Below are positions 40,691-50,720 of a stretch of 64,000 nucleotides of DNA, piece by piece. The stretch's first letter is position 1; each line of letters starts with the position of its first letter. The notes beneath the pieces were generated by a model. It was not told the origin of the DNA. It saw only the letters and a list, made by a program, of their open reading frames with translations, and ran no database searches. Source of the DNA: Ignavibacteriales bacterium (GTDB taxonomy: Bacteria; Bacteroidota; Ignavibacteria; UBA10030; SZUA-254); the NCBI GenBank assembly GCA_016218025.1, contig JACRFD010000044.1, positions 4,073 to 68,072 of the forward strand. Direction: 5' to 3'. Both the position numbers and the translations under genes were made by a program.

Positions 40691-41981
40691 TTATTATATT
40701 CTTTTCTGTAAGTAAATGAATTGTTAAAATTATTTATTGCTTCTTTTTTGAAGAATTCTTAACTTGAACAACTAAAAAATTATTCAGACATGGCAGGAAT
40801 ATTAGGGATAAATATGAAATCAATCACATTATTCATCACCGTAATAACCTTTGTTCTTACATTCGGTGGCAAACTTATAGCATTCAATAGAAATATCAAT
40901 GTGCGACAGGAAACAACATACAACCAGTCATGTGATTCTTTGCAGGCAGATTATTCTCGGCAAGGTTTATATGTTGGTTTATCGTTGCTGAGTCAGAAAG
41001 TTGGCGGTGACTTCAAATCGAATCGCATTCTTTACATTATGACCTCTTCGCAAATAGGGGTAGTGCCTACATTAGATAACGTAATGGGATTTGGGATTTT
41101 GGCAGGAGGGAGATTTATTCTTGAAGATAGCTATACACTTATGGCTGCTGATCTCGGGTATCAACTGTTGCAGTATAAAACGGGAATACATTTCATTCTT
41201 ATTAATAATGATGCTGTTACGATTGCAGGAGGTGATGCATCATATAATAATCTTAATTTAAATTTCAAGGGGTATCCAGTTAGATTTAAATATTTCGAGC
41301 CATACATTCTAATTGGATTATCATATTCTTGGTTGAATATCGATAAGGGATCGGCGCAATATGGCTTTGAGAGAATTGGAAATGAGGATAGAATTATCTT
41401 TAGCAGAATAAGTGACGTAACATATTCTGGCATAGGATATTCTGCCGGACTTGGATCTGCTTATTACATTCATCCACGTTTAGCTCTAACTATGGATGTT
41501 AGTCTTCATGTGGTCAATTTCAAATCGCTTAATGGTGTTGCAGGATCAGTGGATATACCGATAAAATTATCTGGAAGTGGTTGGATTTTCAATGTAGGCG
41601 TTTCATATTGTTTTTTTAGTTTTTGATTTTCTATTAGGCCGTTTCATGGTTTATTCTTACAAAACGCTTTATGATTATAAAAATACATTCGTAATCGTTG
41701 TGCACTTTTGCAGGTGCCTCTATTAAACATCCAATAAAGGAGGATGCTATATCAGTATGAAAATATTAATAAAGGGAATGATGAGAAATTTAAGGTTATT
41801 CAAGTTATTATTATCCAATGGGTTCTTTACCGTTCTCTGCGATCTTTGCGTCTTTGCGGTTTTCTTTTTTTAAAAGGTTTTTATTCAACGCAGAGTCGCT
41901 GTATGCAGATATAAGCGGAGTTTCAGCAATAAAATATTACATTGCTTAACATCAGTTATTATATTTCTTTCTGTAAGTAAA
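40691..41981 (+). repeat. Imperfect direct repeat pair (40691-40716 and 41956-41981) bracketing the beta-barrel gene
   Basis: ttattatattcttttctgtaagtaaa vs ttattatatttctttctgtaagtaaa (24/26 identical by eye). Confidence 0.6.
40790..41626 (+). CDS. Outer-membrane beta-barrel protein
   Basis: Signal peptide, alternating amphipathic strands (EPYILIGLSYSW), aromatic C-terminus NVGVSYCF. Confidence 0.7.
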   Translation: MAGILGINMKSITLFITVITFVLTFGGKLIAFNRNINVRQETTYNQSCDSLQADYSRQGLYVGLSLLSQKVGGDFKSNRILYIMTSSQIGVVPTLDNVMGFGILAGGRFILEDSYTLMAADLGYQLLQYKTGIHFILINNDAVTIAGGDASYNNLNLNFKGYPVRFKYFEPYILIGLSYSWLNIDKGSAQYGFERIGNEDRIIFSRISDVTYSGIGYSAGLGSAYYIHPRLALTMDVSLHVVNFKSLNGVAGSVDIPIKLSGSGWIFNVGVSYCFFSF

Positions 41982-42072
41982 AGAAGTTCTTGAAATTTTT
42001 TATCCGGTAAAAATTATTGTAAATTGTTCCGATTTTCTAATGGATAAATTATGAACAACTATTTATATCGAG

Positions 42073-43524
42073 ATGAAGTCAGCCGATCATGATATTGGTG
42101 CCAATTTATTATCTAAGAATTTGGCTATCCTTGCGGGGTTAATACTTGTAAGCAGAATACCTTTTTTGTTTTTAGGATATGGTTCTGATGGAGATGCATG
42201 GAGGGTTGCATTCAATTCATTCAAAATTTGGGAGACGGGTGTTTACTCAATTTCACGTTTTCCGGGCTTTCCATTATATGAATTGCTGATAACGCCATTT
42301 ATAATCTATGGCGGATCGATACTTGCAAATCTTGTAACAGTAATCGTGTTTATGGTTGCAGTTTATACCTTTGATCGGCTTCTTGTTGTATGCCAAAAAG
42401 AATCGCGTGATATTTTATTATGGACTTTCGCTTTTACTCCTATACTTTGGAAAAATTCTGTTACGACACTCGATTATGTCTGGGGCATGTCGTTGATTCT
42501 CATTTCATACTTGTTATTTCTTAAAAATAAAAGATACACTGCGGCAATATTAATCGGTTTAGCATCTGCTGCACGATTAACCAATATTATTTTTGTAGTA
42601 CCATTTTTCTTTTTATTAGATTCCGAAAATAGGGTAAAGAATATATTTACAATTGCAGCTATTTCGCTCATTGTTGCTGCAATTTGTTACTTGCCGGTTA
42701 TTCTTAGATCTGAAGCGATTAAAGATTTAAAAATATATATTGCAGATATCAGGCATTACAGCTTTCTGAAACAAACATCTTTTTTCGTTTACCGGTCCAT
42801 TTATTCAATTGGCTTGTTAGCTTTCATAGTAATTTTGTATTCAGGATTCAGATATCGTATAAGAATTATAGAATTGTTCCGTTTGAAGGAGAAAGTATTT
42901 TATTCGTTATTATCGGGTATTGTTCTGATGTTGATTGTATTTTTTATTCTTCCTGATGAAAGAGAATATCTTATTCCGGCTATTCCATTTCTTCTACTAT
43001 TAATAGGAATTGTTTTTCCGCGTAAATATGTTATAACAATATCAATTTGCCTCTGGAGCTATTCGTTGATAAACATTGATATAATCGAACATAATTTTCA
43101 AAACCAAAAGCCGCATTTGTCATTTACTTCCGGGTATGTAATAAAAGATTACAACGAACGGTCAAAAATATTAGAATGGAGGGAGGCGATATTAACTTAT
43201 CCGTTCAAAGATTCATCAATCATCATGCTTGGAGTTGGTCCGGTATTTTCATTCGAGAATCGATTTGTAAAACAGACTCAAAATGCTTCAAAGCTTTTGC
43301 CCGATAGAGATTCATCGGATCAAATTGATATAACGAGAATTTATCCGGATAAAAATACATCCCAGTTATACCCTAAAGATATTTATTTTGTATATGCATT
43401 ATCGGAGCAGGAAAGCAAAGATTTAAAAAATCTTGGTTATACCTTATATTACCAGAAAGCCAAAAAAGAATACATCGAATCATGCACTCATTATGATCTG
43501 GATCGATATGCATCACCATTTTAG
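42073..43524 (+). CDS. Polytopic membrane protein, possibly GT-C glycosyltransferase-like
   Basis: Many TM segments; acidic first loop GYGSDGDAW, SRFPGFPLYE. Confidence 0.6.
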   Translation: MKSADHDIGANLLSKNLAILAGLILVSRIPFLFLGYGSDGDAWRVAFNSFKIWETGVYSISRFPGFPLYELLITPFIIYGGSILANLVTVIVFMVAVYTFDRLLVVCQKESRDILLWTFAFTPILWKNSVTTLDYVWGMSLILISYLLFLKNKRYTAAILIGLASAARLTNIIFVVPFFFLLDSENRVKNIFTIAAISLIVAAICYLPVILRSEAIKDLKIYIADIRHYSFLKQTSFFVYRSIYSIGLLAFIVILYSGFRYRIRIIELFRLKEKVFYSLLSGIVLMLIVFFILPDEREYLIPAIPFLLLLIGIVFPRKYVITISICLWSYSLINIDIIEHNFQNQKPHLSFTSGYVIKDYNERSKILEWREAILTYPFKDSSIIMLGVGPVFSFENRFVKQTQNASKLLPDRDSSDQIDITRIYPDKNTSQLYPKDIYFVYALSEQESKDLKNLGYTLYYQKAKKEYIESCTHYDLDRYASPF

Positions 43525-43602
43525 AGCTTGAGGCTCCAGGAAACAATATTATTCTTAAAAAGAAATTCGTATATTCATCAAAATAATCATTATAAATCAG
43601 GA

Positions 43603-44259
43603 ATGAATATGATAAAACAGACTTTGAAACAATTTAGAAAATATTATTTTTTGTTTTTGATTCTAATTCTGCCCTTTTTAATTTTAACCGGTTTTGTTTT
43701 ATTGGTATCACATAAAACCGGACAACCGATAGTTGTTTTTTTTCAGGATATTTTTTACCAGACACATGCACCGCTGTATGTCGGTTTTATTTCAAATATC
43801 GGAATGATGGTCTGGTCATTCGCGATTGCCGTTTGTTTCTACGCTGCATATTTGTTGAATGCTTCTGGCAAGAAAGAACTGTTTTATTTTTTTATGTCGG
43901 GGGCTTTATTCGGAACTCTTTTATTGCTCGATGATTTTTTTATGTTTCATGAAATTATTTATCCCCGCTATTTACATATTGATTCAGATGTGGCCTATGC
44001 AATCTATGCATTAATGGGGATTGCATTCTTAATAAAATTCAGGGAGATACTTCTCGAAAGCGATTTCATTTTTTTTATAATGGCGTTGGGATTTTTTGCG
44101 TTATCGATATTTTTCGATGAGTTAAGAGAATCTATACTCATAAGTGATTACTATATAATCGCAGAAGACGGAACGAAATTTGTCGGAATCATATATTGGA
44201 TGACCTATTTTATGATCACGGGAAAAAAATATATTTTGCTGAATAATAAGAATTTATAA
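43603..44259 (+). CDS. Hypothetical integral membrane protein
   Basis: Multiple TM helices; LLLDDFFMFHE and EDGTKF motifs. Confidence 0.7.
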   Translation: MNMIKQTLKQFRKYYFLFLILILPFLILTGFVLLVSHKTGQPIVVFFQDIFYQTHAPLYVGFISNIGMMVWSFAIAVCFYAAYLLNASGKKELFYFFMSGALFGTLLLLDDFFMFHEIIYPRYLHIDSDVAYAIYALMGIAFLIKFREILLESDFIFFIMALGFFALSIFFDELRESILISDYYIIAEDGTKFVGIIYWMTYFMITGKKYILLNNKNL

Positions 44260-44284
44260 TATTTTCACAAAACGAAATAGCATT

Positions 44285-44584
44285 ATGAAAGTAATAGTCG
44301 ATTTAACAATTATTCCGATCGGGGTTGGAATCTCTTTATCAAAATATGTTGCTGAATGCGAAAAAATCATAGCCGCAACGAATTGCAAAAAACAATTACA
44401 TGCCAACGGCACAAACATTGAAGGTGAATGGGATGAAGTATTCAAGGCGATTAAGTTGTGCCATGAACGACTTCACCAAATGGGTGCACCTCGCATATTT
44501 ACAACAATTCATGCAGGTACCCGCATAGATAGGGAACAATCTATGGACGATAAAATAAAAAGTGTTCAGGCAAAATTAATATGA
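44285..44584 (+). CDS. MTH1187 family thiamine-binding protein
   Basis: [34 protein letters not shown]. Confidence 0.9.
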   Translation: MKVIVDLTIIPIGVGISLSKYVAECEKIIAATNCKKQLHANGTNIEGEWDEVFKAIKLCHERLHQMGAPRIFTTIHAGTRIDREQSMDDKIKSVQAKLI

Positions 44585-44598
44585 TTAAAGATTGCATC

Positions 44599-46134
44599 AT
44601 GGAAAAAATACTGATCCTCGATTTTGGCTCCCAATACACGCAACTTATAGCGAGACGTGTTCGTGAACTTGGTGTTTATTCTGAGTTAGTTCCATTTGAC
44701 ATTTCCATTGAAAAGATTAAAGCTATCAATCCGAAGGGAATAATTTTATCGGGTGGTCCTTCGAGCGTGTATGAAAAAGATTCGCCTCAACCGGATCGGC
44801 AAATCTTTGAATTAAACATTCCGGTTTTAGGGATATGTTACGGTTTGCAGATCATAGCTCATCATCTTGGAGGAAAAGTTGATACCCAGTTGCGAAAGGA
44901 ATATGGTGCTGCTGAATTAATTGTGAATGATTCATCAGATTTATTTAATGGAATAGAAAATGGAAAAACTAAAGTCTGGATGAGTCATGGAGATGCACTT
45001 ACAAAAATTCCAGATTCATTCGAAATTATCGCCCGCTCAGAGAATGCACCAATTTGTTCAATCAGAAATGTCCAGAAAAAAATATACGGGGTCCAATTCC
45101 ATCCTGAAGTTGTTCATACAACTGAAGGAACGAAAATTATATCAAATTTTCTATACAAGATATGCGGATGCGGCGGAGGATGGAATGCAGGATATTTTAT
45201 CGATCATAAAATTAATGAAATCAAGGAGATAGTAGGAGATCAAAATGTAATCTGCGCCCTGAGCGGTGGAGTAGATTCCTCCGTTCTGGCAGTGCTTCTT
45301 CATAAAGCAATTGGCGATCAGTTGTTTTGCATTCATGTGAATAACGGATTGATGCGGAAAAACGAAAGTGAAAAAGTTGTTGAATTGTACCGGAATAAAT
45401 TTCATCTTAATCTAGATTATGTTAATGCTTCCGATTTATTTCTCAAGAAATTATATGGTATATCTGATCCTGAAAGAAAACGGAAAATTATTGGCGAAAC
45501 CTTTATAGAAGTTTTTGAAAAAGAAGCGAAAAAAATTGGAAAGGTAGGTTTCCTTGCTCAGGGGACATTATATCCTGATGTAATTGAATCGGTATCATTC
45601 AAAGGACCATCTCACATAATCAAAACTCATCACAATGTCGGTGGATTACCTGAGAAGATGAATTTAAAATTGATTGAACCGTTCAGAGAATTATTTAAAG
45701 ATGAAGTTCGTGAGACCGGAAAGATGCTTGGAATACCCGAAGAGTTTATTGAACGGCATCCTTTTCCGGGTCCCGGGCTTGCAGTGAGAATTATCGGTGA
45801 ATTAACCGAAGATAAATTAAATTTATTACGCGAAGCAGAGGATATATTTATTGACGAGATTAGAAAAAACGGCTTGTATAAAAATATATGGCAGGCATTT
45901 GCGGTATTGTTACCCGTTCAGAGTGTTGGCGTAATGGGTGATCAGAGGACTTATGAAAATGTAATCGCATTACGTGCTGTTACAAGCATAGATGGTATGA
46001 CGGCAGATTGGGCAGTTATTCCGCATGAAATTCTTGCCGGAATCTCGAACAGGATTGTGAACGAAGTACGAGGAATTAACAGGGTGGTTTATGACATAAG
46101 CTCAAAACCACCCTCAACAATTGAATGGGAGTGA
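44599..46134 (+). CDS. guaA: GMP synthase (glutamine-hydrolysing)
   Basis: [33 protein letters not shown]. Confidence 0.98.
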   Translation: MEKILILDFGSQYTQLIARRVRELGVYSELVPFDISIEKIKAINPKGIILSGGPSSVYEKDSPQPDRQIFELNIPVLGICYGLQIIAHHLGGKVDTQLRKEYGAAELIVNDSSDLFNGIENGKTKVWMSHGDALTKIPDSFEIIARSENAPICSIRNVQKKIYGVQFHPEVVHTTEGTKIISNFLYKICGCGGGWNAGYFIDHKINEIKEIVGDQNVICALSGGVDSSVLAVLLHKAIGDQLFCIHVNNGLMRKNESEKVVELYRNKFHLNLDYVNASDLFLKKLYGISDPERKRKIIGETFIEVFEKEAKKIGKVGFLAQGTLYPDVIESVSFKGPSHIIKTHHNVGGLPEKMNLKLIEPFRELFKDEVRETGKMLGIPEEFIERHPFPGPGLAVRIIGELTEDKLNLLREAEDIFIDEIRKNGLYKNIWQAFAVLLPVQSVGVMGDQRTYENVIALRAVTSIDGMTADWAVIPHEILAGISNRIVNEVRGINRVVYDISSKPPSTIEWE

Positions 46135-46138
46135 TGAT

Positions 46139-46540
46139 CTATTGAACTTTAAAATTCAATTCTTTTAAAACTTTTCCGGATTGATCTGTAACTGTAACAA
46201 GCCAATCACCAGCAGTGTAAGCTGTTTTAGAAGCCCAAGTTCTCCATGGTGAGCCGCCGATAGATAATTCGGTAGCATGCACCATATCGCCATGTTTCCA
46301 AATTACAGTTAATGCCTGGTCGGTTGCGCCGGTAACCTTAAGCCAAAGAAATACTTTTGATTTCAAATCGAAAGTTGCTGCTTCATCTAAAAGCTCTCTG
46401 TCTTTGACATCTTTGCCCAATTTGGCATCAATAATTTGAATGCCATCACTTTTTGTTGTTTCTTGCTGGGCAATAGTGTTGCTGGAGAAAACTAACCCGG
46501 CTACCATCAATAGAATGCCGATTGCAAAAATCTGTTTCAT
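46139..46540 (-). CDS. Exported DUF2914-like protein
   Basis: Signal peptide; GGSPWRTWASK..GDWLV motif. Confidence 0.75.
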   Translation of the reverse strand: MKQIFAIGILLMVAGLVFSSNTIAQQETTKSDGIQIIDAKLGKDVKDRELLDEAATFDLKSKVFLWLKVTGATDQALTVIWKHGDMVHATELSIGGSPWRTWASKTAYTAGDWLVTVTDQSGKVLKELNFKVQ

Positions 46541-46595
46541 ATGTCTTCACTCCTTACAAAATTATTATACAATCTGTTGTTTATTGAATTAAATT

Positions 46596-47459
46596 TTATC
46601 TAGCTCCTTCTTCAAACCGGCGTGCTTTTTTATTCCATAAATAACTTTTTATTCCTTGCTCAGTGTAGCTATCGTTTATTGTCAATTTATGATGGATATT
46701 AATTCTATTTATGTATCCATAATTATCTTTATCGTAATCGATTTGTGCATCGTACACTCTTGTTGAATCACCTAAAATTTTGTTGTGATGAATTTCATTT
46801 CTGTTCAGAATGATAGATAGAACTTCGTTTACTCCGGCGGAAGAAACTGTATAATATTTTTTGCTTATCTCGTCGATAGAAATGAGATTCTCGCAGCAAG
46901 GATTATTCGTAGTCGATTCAATATAAAATGTAACGGTTGGAATTCCTGCAATCATTAATGTGTCATCTTCTAAAGCGAGTTTCGTCAGGTCATTGCACTC
47001 CGAGCATGGTTTACCGGGATGGAGAATGGATAAAGTAGATGAATCTTTTCTAATTGAAATTACCATCAATCTTTCATCGTAAAATTTATCTCCAAAACCG
47101 GGAGCCGTTGAAAAGCAGGTTAACCCGAAGAAAATGTTCTGGGATATTTCCGGAACATTTTTAATGGTCAATGCCCTGATTACGATAGAATCTTTTCCTT
47201 TTGCAATCGAACCCCAACCGCTAATCATTTCTTTGCAACCTTTTTGGAACTCCTTTGGAAGATTTTTTATGATTACGGGTGGAATATCTTCCTTCATATC
47301 TGTTGGTGGAATATCTTGTCCGGTAAAATAGTTGTAAATTATCTGATGATCTTTACCTTTTATTGTTTTGGACGGAAAGTTTTTTGGGAGGTTGTGCTGC
47401 CCGTTTGCAAAAGTAAGTATAGTAAATAAAATAAAAATTGATTTGAAGATATATTTCAT
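46596..47459 (-). CDS. Hypothetical exported protein
   Basis: Signal peptide; 287-aa ORF with several Cys. Confidence 0.7.
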   Translation of the reverse strand: MKYIFKSIFILFTILTFANGQHNLPKNFPSKTIKGKDHQIIYNYFTGQDIPPTDMKEDIPPVIIKNLPKEFQKGCKEMISGWGSIAKGKDSIVIRALTIKNVPEISQNIFFGLTCFSTAPGFGDKFYDERLMVISIRKDSSTLSILHPGKPCSECNDLTKLALEDDTLMIAGIPTVTFYIESTTNNPCCENLISIDEISKKYYTVSSAGVNEVLSIILNRNEIHHNKILGDSTRVYDAQIDYDKDNYGYINRINIHHKLTINDSYTEQGIKSYLWNKKARRFEEGAR

Positions 47460-47524
47460 GGCTGCTTAATATTTTATTGTATTGATGATACTGCTAATAT
47501 ACAAATTCTTGTGGAAAAATGCAT

Positions 47525-47556
47525 AAAAAAAGGTATGCCGAAAATATCAGCACACC
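47525..47556 (-). terminator. Intrinsic terminator after nrdJ
   Basis: Minus strand ggtgtgctga-tattt-tcggcatacc followed by T7. Confidence 0.7.
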
Positions 47557-47579
47557 CTGTGAAGTAAGATATTAGTATT

Positions 47580-50333
47580 TTACGAACAGCCCGAAGTTTC
47601 TCCGCAATTTCTGCATTTATAGCATGATCCGCTCCGGACCATTATGCTTCCGCATTGGTGGCAAGGCGGGGCGTCTGCCTGCTGCTGAAATACTTCCTTT
47701 TCAGTCTGTTCTCTTGTGGGTGCAGTGATAATTTTAATTTCGCCTAAATTTTCAGAGTTCTTTACTTCATTTGATTCGAAGGCTCTAACCTGATCATCGG
47801 GGAGAAGAAATTTTTTATCAACCCATCTGAATATATAATCGAGAATAGATTTTGCGATAGGAATTTCTTTATTACCTGTAAATCCGCTCGGTTCAAACCG
47901 CATGTGAGAAAACTTTTCAATTAGAACTCTATGCGGAACGCCGTACTGTAAAGCCATAGAAACAGAAGTTGCGAATGCATCCATTAAGCCTGAAATAGTA
48001 GAGCCCTCTTTCGACATGGTGATAAAAATTTCACCAGGTGTTCCATCTTCATATAAACCAACGGTGATATATCCTTCATGTCCGGCTATCGAAAATTTGT
48101 GTGTAAGAGCTTGTCTCTCATCCGGTAATCGGCGGCGAACCGGTTTACGTTTAATTGTTTCAGCCGATTTATCAAGACTGGTATTCAACGGCTGGGTTCT
48201 TTTGCATCCGTCTCTGTAAATCGCAATTGCTTTTAAACCCATGTGCCATGCTTCGATGTAAGCATTCGAAATATCTTCCGGAGTTACATCGTTCGGCATA
48301 TTGACTGTTTTCGAAATTGCACCTGAAATGAACGGCTGAACTGCTGCCATCATTTTAATATGACCCATGTAATTTATGGAGCGAGTGCCTTTAGCCGGTT
48401 TAAATGCACAGTCGAAGACGGGAAGGTGTTCTTCACGCATATGTGGAGAGTCCTCAATCGTGTCGTTCTTATCTATAAATGCCGAGATATGTTCAATCTG
48501 CTCATCAATATATCCTAATTTTTTTAATGCTAACGGAACGGTTTGGTTGACAATTTTTAGCATCCCGCCACCGACTAATTTTTTGTATTTCACTAAGGCG
48601 ATGTCAGGTTCAACGCCAGTGGTATCACAATCCATCATAAATCCGATCGTTCCAGTTGGGGCTAAAACGGTTGATTGAGAATTTCTGAAACCATATTCTC
48701 GTCCGAGAACTACAACATCATCCCAAACTTTCCGGGCTGCTGTAAGCATGTTGCTCGGTACCAATCTATCCTGAATCTGATCGGCAGCAAGTCCGTGCAT
48801 CTTCATCACCCTGAGCATCGATTCTCGATTTTTTCGGTATCCCTTAAATGTACTTATCTCTTTAGCAATCATGGCAGATTGTTTATATGCCTGCCCGGTC
48901 ATTAATGCTGTGATAGTTGCAGCATAAGCTCTGCCTTCATCGCTGTCGTATGCAAGTCCGCGTGCCATTAAAAGTGCACCAAGATTTGCATATCCCAATC
49001 CCAAAGGGCGAAAATTATGACTGTTCTGTTCTATTTTTTGAGTCGGATAACTTGCATTATCCACTTCTATCTCTTGTGCGGTGATGGTGACATTTACTGC
49101 ATGGCAGAAAGATTCGATGTTAAATTCGCCATCCTCGTTTCTGAACTTCATGAGGTTGAGCGATGCCAGGTTGCATGCTGAATCGTCGAGGAACATATAT
49201 TCACTGCATGGATTCGATGCTGTGATTGGAGCTGTCTGTGGACATGTGTGCCATTTATTGATTGTGGTGTGAAATTGCATTCCCGGATCTCCGCAAATCC
49301 ATGCAGCATCCGACATCTGTTTCATGATATCCCGTGCGCGTAAGCTTTCTAAAATTTCTCCACCATGAACCGCTTTTGTTGACCATTCACGGTCTTCGAT
49401 AACGGCTCGCATGAAATCATCTGTGGTGCGGACTGAATGATTTGCATTTTGATAAAAAACAGAATCGTATGCTCCACCGGGTACATTGAATCCACCGTCA
49501 TAACCTGCATCGATCAACGACCATGCTTTCTTCTCTTCATCTGCTTTGCAGTTGATGAAATCTTTTATATCAGGATGATCGGCATTTAATATTACCATTT
49601 TTGCTGCTCGCCGGGTTTTTCCACCAGATTTAATTACACCTGCAAAAGCATCATATCCTTTCATAAACGATACCGGACCGGATGCAGTGCCACCACCTGA
49701 TAATGTTTCCTTTGAGGATCGGAGTGTAGATAAGTTTGAACCTGTGCCCGAACCCCATTTAAATAATTTCCCTTCGGTTTTTGCCAGGTCCAGTATTGAA
49801 TCCATTGTATCTTCAACAGAATTGATAAAACAGGCTGAACATTGAGGTTTTTCTTCAATTCCGACGTTAAACCAGACAGGGCTATTGAACGCCATATATT
49901 GGTTCACCAATAAAAAGCAGAGTTCGTTATAAAAAATATCGGAATCTTCTTCCTCTGCAAAATAACCTGAATCTTTTCCCCAAAGAGTTATGGTTCGAGC
50001 AACCCGTTCAACTAACTGCTTAACACTCGTTTCTCGCTGCGGCGTGCCGATTTTACCATGAAAATATTTTGATACAACAACATTTGTAGCTGTCATCGAC
50101 CAGCATTTGGGGAACTCTACGTTTTTTTGTTCAAAAATTATTTCACCTTTTTCGCTGGTTATCGAGGCTGTACGCAACTCCCAGTCTATCACGTCAAAAG
50201 GATGAACTCCCTGCTGTGTAAAATATCTTCGAAACTTTAAACCGTTTTTCTGATTACTTTTTTTATAAATTTTTTCAGATTCTAAATTTGGATCTCCCGG
50301 TTTTTCAAATAATGTTGTCTCTAATTCTGCCAT
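47580..50333 (-). CDS. nrdJ: Vitamin B12-dependent (class II) ribonucleotide reductase
   Basis: FNSPVWFN, QCSACFI, SNPCSE, APTGTI, GAISKTVN, C-terminal TSCPD/zinc ribbon; no intein seen. Confidence 0.96.
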   Translation of the reverse strand: MAELETTLFEKPGDPNLESEKIYKKSNQKNGLKFRRYFTQQGVHPFDVIDWELRTASITSEKGEIIFEQKNVEFPKCWSMTATNVVVSKYFHGKIGTPQRETSVKQLVERVARTITLWGKDSGYFAEEEDSDIFYNELCFLLVNQYMAFNSPVWFNVGIEEKPQCSACFINSVEDTMDSILDLAKTEGKLFKWGSGTGSNLSTLRSSKETLSGGGTASGPVSFMKGYDAFAGVIKSGGKTRRAAKMVILNADHPDIKDFINCKADEEKKAWSLIDAGYDGGFNVPGGAYDSVFYQNANHSVRTTDDFMRAVIEDREWSTKAVHGGEILESLRARDIMKQMSDAAWICGDPGMQFHTTINKWHTCPQTAPITASNPCSEYMFLDDSACNLASLNLMKFRNEDGEFNIESFCHAVNVTITAQEIEVDNASYPTQKIEQNSHNFRPLGLGYANLGALLMARGLAYDSDEGRAYAATITALMTGQAYKQSAMIAKEISTFKGYRKNRESMLRVMKMHGLAADQIQDRLVPSNMLTAARKVWDDVVVLGREYGFRNSQSTVLAPTGTIGFMMDCDTTGVEPDIALVKYKKLVGGGMLKIVNQTVPLALKKLGYIDEQIEHISAFIDKNDTIEDSPHMREEHLPVFDCAFKPAKGTRSINYMGHIKMMAAVQPFISGAISKTVNMPNDVTPEDISNAYIEAWHMGLKAIAIYRDGCKRTQPLNTSLDKSAETIKRKPVRRRLPDERQALTHKFSIAGHEGYITVGLYEDGTPGEIFITMSKEGSTISGLMDAFATSVSMALQYGVPHRVLIEKFSHMRFEPSGFTGNKEIPIAKSILDYIFRWVDKKFLLPDDQVRAFESNEVKNSENLGEIKIITAPTREQTEKEVFQQQADAPPCHQCGSIMVRSGSCYKCRNCGETSGCS

Positions 50334-50496
50334 TCTAAATTCTCCAACTTCATGTCAATTATTTTTGCGTCTCATTCTGATTTAAATTTTAAAACGCATT
50401 GGCTAAATTCATAAATTAGTTCGATATGCCTCCCATGTTAAATTTTAGCAGATATTCATTAAATATCTCTGTCGTAAAAAGGACAACGACATTGGT

Positions 50497-50529
50497 TCAA
50501 AATATATGGAGTTATCAGAAATAAGTCAA
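50497..50529 (-). promoter_or_regulatory. Sigma70 promoter of nrdJ overlapped by a possible NrdR box
   Basis: Minus strand TTGACT-17-TATATT; actccatatattttga resembles the acaCwAtATaTwGtg consensus. Confidence 0.45.
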
Positions 50530-50720
50530 GGAAAAAATTATTAAATTTTACACAAAAAAAATATTTTATTTGAAATCGAATTTTTAACTTGACACCAATT
50601 TCAAAAAGATGATTTGTCCACGCCGCCAGTAGGCATAACTCAGGCTCTATCAATGGTTTGCATTTCTCCGAGTAATCAGTTATCATATAAACACATTTCC
50701 TACAACGATAAAGGATAAAT

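Noticed and set aside
41757-41873. 38-aa hydrophobic ORF after AAAGGAGG
   Set aside because: SD spacing is long and the 3' half derives from CTTTGCG repeats; cannot support it as a gene
47580-50333. Intein or intron in nrdJ
   Set aside because: Continuous ORF of ordinary length; no intein or homing endonuclease motifs seen
50416-50443. dif-like site (ccatgttaaat)
   Set aside because: XerD arm has mismatches and the XerC arm is out of register
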